Part shown: in pieces, positions 12,420 to 23,563 of the stretch
Layout: every line of letters starts with the position of its first letter
How positions within the stretch are numbered: the stretch's first letter is position 1
NCBI GenBank assembly: GCA_010093705.1
Contig: MU006092.1
Coordinates: 1,516,111 to 1,580,110 of the forward strand
Reading direction: 5' to 3'
DNA length: 64,000 bases
Source: Patellaria atrata CBS 101060
Lineage: Eukaryota
Program-made: the position numbers and the translations under genes
The notes under the pieces: generated by a model
What the model saw: only the letters and a program-made list of their open reading frames with translations
What the model was told of the DNA's origin: nothing
Database searches by the model: none

Positions 12420-15400
12420 GATTTCTCGCTCTCGTGTCTATTTTCTTTTTTTCTTCACTCCATAATTCCTCTGTGATGATTGTGAGTAATGCTCCATTGT
12501 TGTACTCGCCATTATGTTATCATTTCAGCGTTTTTTTTATCATCATTATTCCTTGGTTATCCAGATTGATAATATATAGAACTTACTACGGAAGCACAAT
12601 TCAGTGCATTTCTATACAGCGCAAATCCGCGCAATCTTCAATTTTGCGGCGTGTCCGAGGACGATATTGCTACTTGATTCCAACACAGACTTATAAAGAG
12701 AGAACAAAGGATAGGAGCAACTAGAGAGAAGAGATCTTAATACACCCACCGACAGCTGATATGATCACTAGAGTCGCATGACCACGCCGCTCTCTAACAT
12801 ATCTGGTCATGTAAAGCCCTCCTTTGTTAGTCCTCGTCTACAGAACCTTCATCTCTCTCTCCTTAATTAGTGATGGAGACCTCAAGGGAAAAGTTCAAGT
12901 GTATTTAGTTCCGACTCTGTTTCTGTGCCCCTACTGTCTCGCAATCTTTTGGCTCCACTTTTTTGTCGCTCTTAATGAAGTTTGGTGATGGAGATCATTA
13001 CTTCATGTCGATGTTAGCATTCATCTAAAACATGTATTTGGGATCTGTTACGTTATCTAGCAATGATTGTGCGATCCCTAGGATACTGTCTGCTCTCGTG
13101 CCCGCCTATTGATCATATATTCTCTCGAAGACCGCAAATTTTCAGGAATACTATTTTAGCTCACATTCCCATGTATCTCTTAAACCACTGCTAAAGCTAC
13201 GGTCAATATGGAAGAAGAATGATTTAAATGGGAAGAGTTGAAAGGGGGAGTTGATTTTATACGCCAGCATCCTAACACATGGATCACTATATCAGCTGCA
13301 CGGATTATTATTATACCAAGGTTCGTAGCATCTGAGGGATAAGCCTTAGGATTGCCTCGTTACATGCGTACTGCACGTTGTCTTTTGCATGTCTTTGTTA
13401 TATCCAGGCGCCTATAAAACAACGTCTCGATGCTCAACATTTGTAGCTTCCACTAAACTTTTCTTCTAGCTATTCCCTCCAAGTTGGAAGCTGAAATCCT
13501 TCGGAGAGCTCCTATCGCAGAAAATTGTGGATTCAACCTTCTGCATGATTTTACCGAATCCAACGATTTGAGGAGAGTTTCTCCTTAAACTCTTCATTTT
13601 CTCTTAGATCTCCCGTTACTTTATGGCCCAGGTTGTTTGAGTGATGGATCCCTTAGAGGCACTATGATGAGGACAGTCATCATCTCGTAGTCTTGATCAC
13701 TTGCAGTTTTTGATTGATATGATTGTCTATTATATTCCAACCACCTATAGACCACTTTTCTATCGGTTCTTTTCTTCATTCGTTTCCTGCGCAAATACTC
13801 ATCCAATACGAGGAAATCCAGCTTGAAGGGCAATGATCTCCGCGAGCACGCCCGAGAATCTTCCTTATCCGGCTTATCAAAATAGATAATGGACCTTTAT
13901 GTGAACCGAAGAGGGAGAAAGTGGAGGGAAGAGACGGACTTAATATATCCTTGGATATTCCTTCCAAATAACGGTTTGCTGGGTTCCATGGGGTGAGTTG
14001 AGTGAGAAAGTAGGAAGACAGAGGCAAATAAGGAAGTTGATATACTTATGTAGTGCGGGAATGTACGTGTAAGGGTCATGGAACGTTTTTCTACAACTAT
14101 CATTTCTATCATTGTCGTTTAGTTCTTGTTCAATTTCCACTTTAACCCCTTTAGCGGGTAAAGTCGGACAACCCCTTTTGTTGTATTTATTGCGTTCTTT
14201 CGCCTTCCATTCCACACCAGCCTCTTAAGATAGTTCGGAGGTTAGGGATCAAAGGAGGTCGTGACGTTAATACTAACCAACATCATATTCTTATTCAAGC
14301 GATGCTGGTCAAAACCGCATATCTTCGTTTGTCTAAATACTCAAACCCCCTATTGTAAAGATGATCAGCATCACTATCTCACCAAGGACCTATCATACTG
14401 TTCATTTCAACCTCGTTCTTTTACCCTCAGTCCAGAGTGTCTGAAATCCACTTACCCTTCCAACGATAAAAGGTGTTAGTCGAGACTTAACAGGGGCAAT
14501 TTTACTCTTTCTTCATAAAATTAATAACCTTATGATGTCGACTTCAAGAAAAGGAGAGAGGAAGATAGGGGAGGTAGGAGTGTATATACCCTGCGTCCTC
14601 GGATTCAGTAAGACACCAGCTGAGTTTTGCGTCAGGAGTTCAGTGATGCATGACCCCTGAACATGTCCCTCGCAGTTGGTTCACGGCGCTGTTTTCTTGC
14701 CTTGCATAACTGATAAATACCCTTTAGGGCGATATATCTCAAACTCTTAACTTTCCACTTGGTCAACTTCTTTCGACTAGGAAGAAGGAGACCATTTGCG
14801 GAATGCCATTTGCCCTTCTCCCTCTGGGCTTCTGGTATAGTGCATAAGAGGATGAGATAAACGCATCTCATCGCCTTAAATTGAATTTGCACCTTTCCTT
14901 CCGCTCCTGCTCTTAGTACACTTAAGACTCTTGAACCTGTGTGGTGGTGGAAATCGTCGGGGTACTATTTCGATTTCAATAATTTCACTGCCACTACCTG
15001 TCACGGGTTAGACCCGATAGTTATAAGTGCCTTGGATGATCCAGCGGCTTAGTCAAACTATACTTTAGTAGAACAGCATATGCTGTCTCAACACTTTCTT
15101 TCCTTAAGTTGAAGCTTAAGCTTCATGTACATACAGCAATATACCTTTCAGTTTCCATCTGAGGTTGAGCCATGACACTACCCCATTCATTCCTTGGGCG
15201 TGACAATTATCCCCATTATGAAGGTCATATTATTGTGAGCACTCGATTCGAGAAGTAACTCCCTCCTTATCCTTCTTGACAGTTTTCTCCAGAATTGTCG
15301 TGAATCTTCATAAAAGGTTCCAGATCCGCTACCTCCACCTAAAACATTGTTATGACGGTGTTTAATTGTGAGGGTAAGAAAGAGAAGAAAGATGAGGTGC

Positions 15401-18400
15401 GATTTATACCAGGGCCCGACGTTGTGATGCCCATATGAACACGCAGTCTATGGCGTGGGACACTATGAGATCGTCTTGTCATCGTCCTTGGACCCCTTTC
15501 CCTCTGCGATTCATTGTCTCTTTGGCTCTTTTAAAGTGAAATTGTATGCTTCTTCGTCTGTATACTGTAACCCCTGCTTATCTAAGTTATGACTCCTCTC
15601 TTTCCAGAGACCATCCTCCGGCTTCAAGTGATTCCCCTTTTCCTCCCTCTTTCGGATTAGTAAACGAGACTGGATCAGTGATGACAGTTTATTTGAATGG
15701 TAATGGAAGCTACCTTAGGAGAGTACACATGATACTGGACTCTTAAGATAATTTCAAGCACTCATAGCGCTATGAGATAATAGTCAAACGTCACTGATCA
15801 TTTCACGCCCCTTTTTCTGCCTCCTTTTCCGCCCCTTTTCCCTTTAGAGTAACCCCAACTCGTCCTCAAATCCTCTGGTGCTTCCCAGACGTAGACAGGC
15901 GAGTAATAGTTTTGCTCTGTAAACAATTCGCTTCAGAATCGCTGTAAAACAGCTGGTAGCAGGAGCCCGGAGAACGTGCTGCGGCGTTGTGGAGATAAAA
16001 CAAGAAGGAAGGGAAGGAGGAGTTTATATTGCTTCAAACTGCTGAACTTGTTATTCACTCCCTGCGAATTGGCTTGGGTATCAAGAAGGTTCGGGCTAGA
16101 CCACTTCAAAGCTCACCTGATTCTGGTGGTGAATGGTAGCACGATTCTCACCCTTTCACTGTTGATAGAGGTCACCATCTTCTGCTCGCCCTGGCTTATT
16201 CTTTCAACTTTTGGTTTTGCGACACTTCCTCCAAGCCAAGAGAATAAGCAATAGGGGTGTGGACAAGGCTTCTATTAAAGTCAGGGTGTCAGAGGGTATC
16301 TCCCACAAAGGAATACAATGATGGATGATATATTGATCCCATTATACACAGGGGAATATTGCTGTGATATTGTAATTGGAACAAGAGAAAATCAAGAAGG
16401 GGATTGAAGCCTACAGAGGGTGTTAATATATCTTCGCATACTAAGGCTAATACTGTGTGGAAGTATCGCTGGGATGGACATCGCAATTGCTAAAGCATCA
16501 GTTAATCCAGATTATCGAATTATAATATTGAATATTCTAATCTTTGGACAGTAGTGATTTTCATCAGTGTATTTCGCGATTCAATATTCAACTTTTCTTT
16601 ACGATTCCTTCCCAGATCAGCTAGAATCGAAGCAAGTACCATAAGACATTAGGACGTTTTACGGATGAAGAAGTCGAATCTGTCAGAATATCTATATGGC
16701 AGGATTTTTTTCCAAGCAGAGTCTGTTTAGCCGATCCGGTAATCTCACGATAACACTACTCTCAAGAAAAATGAGAGTAAAAGAGAGAGACAATGGAAGA
16801 AGGAGGGTTATATACCCGTTACAGCATTACTTCCACGTGCAAAGTACCGTCAGCTATGTCAGGGGAACGGACGTTACAATGCATGAAGATTCTTACACTT
16901 GAACGATAATTGTGAGATAAACTGGATCTGCAGGTGCACTGAATATATCGCTTGATTCTCAAAAGAGAGGTTCTATCTAGCTGTTATATACTGTAGGTGT
17001 GTACTAAAACGGACGGAACAGTATGAAATCTATGTCTCAGAAAATAACGAAAATAGCGCTAACACAAGAACTAAAAGGTAGTGTTATGTTAGTTTAGAAA
17101 CCCTAGGTTACGACGATACCGTAATTGTGGTGGTATAAGCGACTAGCTCACTACCCCTGGTTACCACAAGAATCAACACCCCGATAGCTCCACCATCTAA
17201 CAATAATGATGATCTCCAGCCCCTTAAGGGTGATATTGATCATCATCATTTCTTCAATCTTTCGTCCTCCTCGTTGCCCTTAAAAGTTATATTTAGACCC
17301 AGGAAGAATGATCCAATCACACTACACTCTCCTGAATCGGAAGGCTTACCACCACGCCCAGGAGACGCGGGAAAAATCGGCTTGTGGATGAGTTAGACAC
17401 CTTTCCACAACAAGGTAAAACAATGTATTATAGAAAAGAGGACGAAGAGGATAGAGGAGAGGGGCCTATATAGCTATCGTCCCCACGATCACGTGGAGAG
17501 CTCAAAGCTGACATGGTATGTTAGAAACACAGGGACTGGTGATACTTGTAAAGCACTCTCAAATTATTTGATTAAACTGAAATCTAAATACCTCATAGTC
17601 CCTGAACTGCTGGCAATGAAGATTATCACCACTGACTCTTTCTTCCGCATACAATATCCTTTGACCTTTGGCAAAGGATTCAGGAGCTTAGTCACAGGAT
17701 TTTGCCAATATCATGGAGGTTGTCGCGATTGTAAAAAGTCGGGCTGATGCCTCTGTTAATTCTCCTGGGCGAAAATGACGAAACTTAATGAAGAAAAAAG
17801 AGAATAGAAAGGGAAAAAGGAAATAGAAAAGTGATTATATCACCAATAATGCTAATATAACCCAAGTCCTCCGTTAGAGCTCGCGAATCGTGATACTCAA
17901 AATCTTACCCGCTTGGATTATTGGGATGACGAATAATATATCCTGTGCTCGGTGATGATGATCAGTTTTGCCCATTTCTCCTTATCACTTGGTCTCCCCC
18001 GCAAAACATTCCTGATTTAAAGCAAGACAGCTCGGCGCAGCCTCTCTAGCATATCCACACCCATGAAGGCGCGAATCTGCTTGTTTTCGTATGCAGGACG
18101 CGAGTACAATAGATTGCCTTGAGGATTTCCCGAATGTTTGACTTAGCCCCTGAAGTTCTCTGGGGCTAGTAGCAGACCGCCGTTATGTTTTGAAGAAAGA
18201 GAAGGAAGGGAAAAGGAAAGGAGTAGTAGATTTATATACCTGCAGAATCCAGCGTCTCTCCACCTAGGTAAAGCGCGAAGCTGACCTATATCGGGAGAAA
18301 AGCGTCCCGTGATATCTCTAAGTCCTGCGGACTCGGACAATCGTGATGGTGAGTATAGTCCAGAGTGGCTATTGATCATAATCACCCCCATTACCCTTTT

Positions 18401-18600
18401 TCACGCGACTTACCCTGCTAACTCCCTCTGTATATCCACCCTTCGCAACGGACGTAATTTAACTCATTAGTGTATGGTGGATATAACAATATGGCTTTTA
18501 CTTCTCGTGGCGATATACCGTCTACAGTGGTATTACGATCTTGAGAAAAAATAAAAGTGGAGAGGGAGGTAAGGGGTTGGGTTTTATTTATTATCCCTCT
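12420..18600 (-). ncRNA. Array of at least 11 diverged TATA / pyrimidine-tract / fold-back units; candidate structured ncRNA cluster
   Basis: Minus-strand TATA-like boxes at about 12740, 13258, 13944, 14585, 15405, 16025, 16811, 17470, 17837, 18235 and 18588. Each is followed by a 30-45 nt CT tract, and most have a complementary GA tract downstream. Shared words between units; no conserved ORF. The repeat structure is seen directly; the ncRNA call is inference. Confidence 0.45.
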
Positions 18601-18604
18601 TAAC

Positions 18605-20733
18605 TCACACATATATAGGCGCAGTCGTGTTAGGAGATCTCCGTCTTGTGATACCTAGGATTTGTCTACCTCGGACAATCAAGGTCAGCCTCTCCACCGG
18701 TCTCAACTCTGGGCCCAGGGTTGTAACTGCCACGCGTCCGACTTGTCCATCATTCACCCTCACACCTCCGACCATTATCTTGACATTCTTCATCATACGT
18801 GCGCGTTCCAGACCATTAGGAGTTGTGCCGTTGTCGGGAAGGTCAAGATGAGGGTTGTCGCGAGTGAGAGAGGAGACGTAACCGAAAATATCGGGATCGA
18901 GTGTGTGCTTGCGGAGTCAGAGGGAAATAGCTGCTGCTATGAAGAGGATTGTGCAGGAGACGAAGTCGACGGCAATCCAGGACCAGGATATGGCGTAGTG
19001 AGGTTCGTACTCAGCGCCCTTAAGATGAATGTACTCTACCCACGGGTTATGGACAGAGGGTTCAAAGTTGGAAACCATATCTTTGCGAATAGATGCCAAA
19101 AATAAGGAATTGATTGTTCTTGCTAGGAAGCGCTGTTGGAAGTTCGAGACCGCTATTTCAGCCGTAGTAGGACGAACAAATGGCTCCCTGTTCATGTTTT
19201 CTCTTAAGTTCTAAGCAAGAGCCCCTCCAATGTCAGTCTGACGATTGATGCTGGTTTGTGGTCCATCGTAGAGAAGCATGCTGCTGTAGAATGCTTGAGC
19301 AAAGCTTCTATCCTGACATGGGACCGCCGATAGAGTATCATCCTTTTGGGATTTATTGTCTATATATCTCATTTTACGAGCTTGGCAACCTTCAGTTGAA
19401 CAAGACACCTGAATATCCACGTGAATTTCTGCAATGTTGCAGACAATTTTAGCTCTACCATTAGTACTACTATAATAGTTCATCGACTGCTCAGGAATCC
19501 AGCGAACCCAGAGTTCGAATTCCGGAAGTGAGACTCCCATTGGATCTTTAGGCGTCCGTTTCGTTCCGACCGTCGCATTGATGCTCACACTTTGAGTCGA
19601 AAGGGTGGCGCTCGGAAATGCATCATACTCTAAGGCTATAGGAGCGCCACAAGAGACGGAAAAATAACGAGTAGTTGTCTTATACTTCCAATAGGACGGA
19701 TTGGCCAAGAGCCCTCGCTTCCTGTCGCACCAAATTTCTTGGGAGTCGGACCTTCCAAATTCTGACCAATATCAGACGTATAGGGGTTTTTTGACGACTT
19801 CGAAACATTTATCCATCCATCTTTTCCTGGATGAGCAGGTTCAATAGCAGTATCCGCAGCAAGAGCGATTACGTCCTCCTTAGGATGAACGACATAATAG
19901 AGATCGGGTATAATCATGCCTCCATTGTTGTCAATCCCAGGAGTATTTGCTGACCTCTCGTCAGCAGCTTCCACGGCAATATGCTGATGTACAAGAAGCT
20001 CGTGATAGAGCGCCTTGAGATTCCCCAGGTGCTATGGAAGGCCGGGGCTCATCAAGTGCATCTATGAAAATGAATGTATAGTTTGGCGGGTTCATCGCAA
20101 CATACATATTACGGAAGGAGTCCGAATTTACAAATTGATATTCCAGAGTTGTTGCTTGACTGTCAAGATAGTAGAAGGACCAAAGTACTATAAGCGCCCA
20201 GGACAGCGTCCCAAAAACTCTGAGTGACCAGATGAGCTTGACCGTACTAGGAAGACTGATGCTCCTCTGAAGCTGCTCTAGTTCAATCACAGAAGCTCCT
20301 TTTTGTGCTTTGTATAGTGCGTATCTTCGAGCGGCAGTATTCATTATAGTAACGAAAATGATAGTAAAAACGGTGGTCATCTGATGATAACACAATAAAG
20401 CAGAGTCGTCCTCACCTGACTGTTGAACTTGACCAATTGCTTGGTCAACTCGTTAACTATATCGATGAACGTTCCCCGATGTTTATCTTGATGCCACGCC
20501 ACAATACACAGACCTGTCTTCGTAGCAAGAAGGATCAGGACGAGTAAAAGGGCAGCATCATAACGAGAAAGGATTATGGCCGTGGTCCTGTCTGGTTGAA
20601 GAGGAATTGGCGTTTGCGGCCACGCTTTCGCTGAAGGAGTGGAGTTGAGGGGTCTTTGAGATTCATCTTCGCTAGACCCATGAGATACTGGAATCTCAGT
20701 GAGCTTCACAATAGTATCTTTCTCACTCGCCAT
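18605..20733 (-). pseudogene. Disrupted gene for a fungal multi-TM hypothetical protein
   Basis: ATG at 20733 and a probable short intron at 20415-20381. Frameshifts near 20030 and 19710; in-frame stops at 19211-19213 (TAG) and 18917-18919 (TGA). The frame continues past the last stop into a family-typical C-terminus (PDIFGYVSSLTRDNP...GLERARMMKNVKIMVG...VGRVAV). Confidence 0.75.
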
Positions 20734-21709
20734 CGGAACGCGTTTCAAATATTGGCAGAAAGGGAATGTTGAGTTAATGTAATAATGACGGAGAATCCAG
20801 AAGTTCTGGACAGGGAATATTTGATAACATCCAAACCTGGACTTCCTCATAACTATCTATGTCCTGATCCTTCTCAGGTGCGCCCCGTAGACGAACACCA
20901 GCTACCTCAAAAGCCAACATATTGTCGCGCCTAAGCTTCTGGCTAGTATCTCTAACCTATTATAGAGATTTTAAACGCGTATGGGGAAATATAAAGACTG
21001 AAGAGTTGTCAAAGACCAAATGTGGAATAGGAGTGGGAGGTTGTTTTCGTGGCGAACGTGAAGATCACATCCAGTGGCATAACATCGCACGAGCCATTGT
21101 TGTGGCAGAATCTGGACTCACCTCGAATAAATTGTAATTGCAAACAAGGATAAATTCATTGGTTGACGCAGTGTGATTCCGGATTTGTTGTTTCGTTGTT
21201 CGCTCTGGCCGAATAGACAGAATGCTGCCCCAAAAGTCGATTGCGTTTCTACTGGAAGGGTGTATAATTTCAATTGAGCCCGAGAAGAACTATGGAAAAG
21301 ACGTCTTCATTTCCATTTTCCTTCGGTCTGTATCGCGCGAAACTACATGATCTCGACCGCATAGGAATCTGATCATGTCAGGTCAGCCACTCATCGGTTC
21401 GCATCGCTGACGCCGATCATAGAGTTCCAGTATTTGCTGCGTGATGCCGTGAGCGCGAAGTGGCAGAGGGTAAAAAGATCCTTCCCATTTAGGTAGTTAT
21501 ATTATCGTCTAGATTTCTTCCTATCAGTTTCAACCCTAAGTCTGGCAATAGAACAACTTTCTAAGAACCATCACACCATCTCCCAAACTCCTGGTAATGT
21601 GTTCCTCATAGACGTTGCTCTATAATTAGTCATTGAACGGATCACCCTAGTTGTATAGAGAAGTCTGAACGTCGAGAGCTGTATATTCCAAAGAACGTAC
21701 AATGTGAGC

Positions 21710-22628
21710 TCAGAAATCCTTGACTTGAGCCACAAGAGGTATATCCCCATTCGTAATCTCCTCAACAAAAGCAGGGTCTGGTCTGTAGAGCATGACATGG
21801 AAATGCTCAACCGCATTTACGGACTTCAGGGACCGCCAGTTTTTGAACCACATCACCTATTGTTCTTCAATTAGCCCCTGAAGCTGAGGTTGTCCCTTCT
21901 TCAAAGAGCTATAAACATCATTGGCGACTACTTACATGTTCAGGATCTACCCGCTGACAGAACTTTCTCCTGACAAACTCATCGATCTTCTTCCGCGCTT
22001 TTGGTGTCAAGTCATCGGTATTCGGGTCGTCTTCGAGCTCGAATTTCGTCCAGATCACGAGATGCACTATCTCTGGATCTACACCATACGGCCAGTCATT
22101 GTATAAAATCTTAATGTCCTCTTTGCGGAAGTATATAGCATCAGAAAACAATATTTCGTTATCGCTGTTGTGGCGGAGACGGGATCGATCGACATACCAT
22201 TCTTCTCGAACTCCTTCCCGATGGGTACCATATCCACCCAGTCGAGTCGTTGTGTGATCACAAAGTTCATAACAGACCCATAATCCTGTTTTAGCTTGTG
22301 CATGTACTTCCTATAGTTGCGAAGGTCTGATGGGAGACGCTGGAACAAGTCTATGCGGTTGGTGCCTGGGTTCTATCTCAGTCTTATTTGTGGTAATTCA
22401 GGAGACATGAAGGGAAATTGGGCCCTATGATGAACCCTTAGGTGTAGTTGAGCCCTTACGTATCAGTTCTTTCACCTCTTCCCACGTCGTACGGTGGTAC
22501 TCCTCATCTAGTGTCCCAATGATCCTCCTATCCTTCTCCGAGACGTCTAACAAGAAGTCCGGACAGCTCGGCGGCCATTTATCTCTCGGAAGATTGACTT
22601 TCCAGAATAGTAGTTCCTCGTGCGGCAT
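21710..22628 (-). CDS. GIG1: N-acetylglucosamine-induced protein 1-like (DUF3605), 4 exons
   Basis: Spliced pieces give TWEEVKELI / [13 protein letters not shown] / [23 protein letters not shown] / [19 protein letters not shown], the HIT-like DUF3605 motifs. Stop TGA at 21712-21710. Confidence 0.85.
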
Positions 22629-23563
22629 CCTTTAGGCACAGGAGTGGGGCGTGATACTCTAAATCCCAAAACAAAGCAATTGAGACTATGAATATTCTGA
22701 ATTGACAGATAGAATACTCAACGGGAAAGTAGGTATCTTGGAAGGTGACTGAGAGATATAGAGAAGGTTGGAGAGAAGGGAAAGATAAAGAAAGTGACAT
22801 GTTGAGCGTCACGACTCAGCAAACGCAACGCAGGAACGTGCCGGGACACCTACACCGCCGTCATACGCAGCGCTGAATGGGGATATGCAACCTGCGAGTG
22901 GATCCATTCTTTGGAAATTGATAACACGTCTTTAACTAACATCAGATCTTATGGTTAACAAGGTAGAAACCTCCATTGTTTGCAAATATTGATAAGACGA
23001 TGAATTGGGAGAAATGGCTCGAAAGAGAGGTGGTTCAAAAGAGATCGGTGCGAACCTAACATATTGATTCTTCATGCTTAATGTAACACTTCAATACACT
23101 ACAAAAAGGGATTGAAGAGTAATCCAAAGAATTTCCCGATATCTACAATACAACTAAATTTCAAGTCTCACGTTTATCGTTCTTCTACGCAACGTTCGTT
23201 CCCCATCTTCTACTTAAATATATCTCAAAATATCCGCAAAATAAAAGATTAGCCTAAATGCGGTAGCTATGATGCTATTGGGTAGGAGAAAAGATCCATC
23301 ATAGGTTGTTCACAGAATAGCATTTGTACCACCATAAAACCTTTGAAGGTAAGGGAGTAATAGGACGCCCAGTGAGCAAGAATTTTATACATTTCGAAAG
23401 CGTATAACTGTAATGTACAGAGCGCGCTCTACGCAAAAAGGATGACATATGTAGCATAACGCCGTTCATTCCTTTTAAAACAAACCCCGTCCGTGTGAAT
23501 GCATGATAGGAGTGGAATATACCAATAGTCAGCTTGCACTAAGCCCCTCGTAGACCGCTCAAA

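Noticed and set aside
16555..16570. CUGAUGA on the minus strand (hammerhead core or snoRNA box C-like)
   Set aside because: No correctly placed GAAA and flanking stems, and no box C/D pair with a terminal stem; not repeated across units.
17530..17610. Minus-strand GCAGTTCAGGGACTA...AGTCCC resembling group I intron R/S (P7) elements
   Set aside because: No P/Q elements or host gene, and the S-like part is poor; more simply an 8-bp stem within the array.
12420..18600. Array as CRISPR, solo LTRs/MITEs, or introner-like elements (GTATAT as donor)
   Set aside because: No identical direct repeats, no TG...CA ends or target-site duplications seen, and several units lack a GT at the TATA-like box.
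12074..18612. Short ORFs of 60-96 aa within the array as a micro-peptide family
   Set aside because: Mostly non-ATG starts, on both strands, with no similarity to each other or fixed position in the unit.
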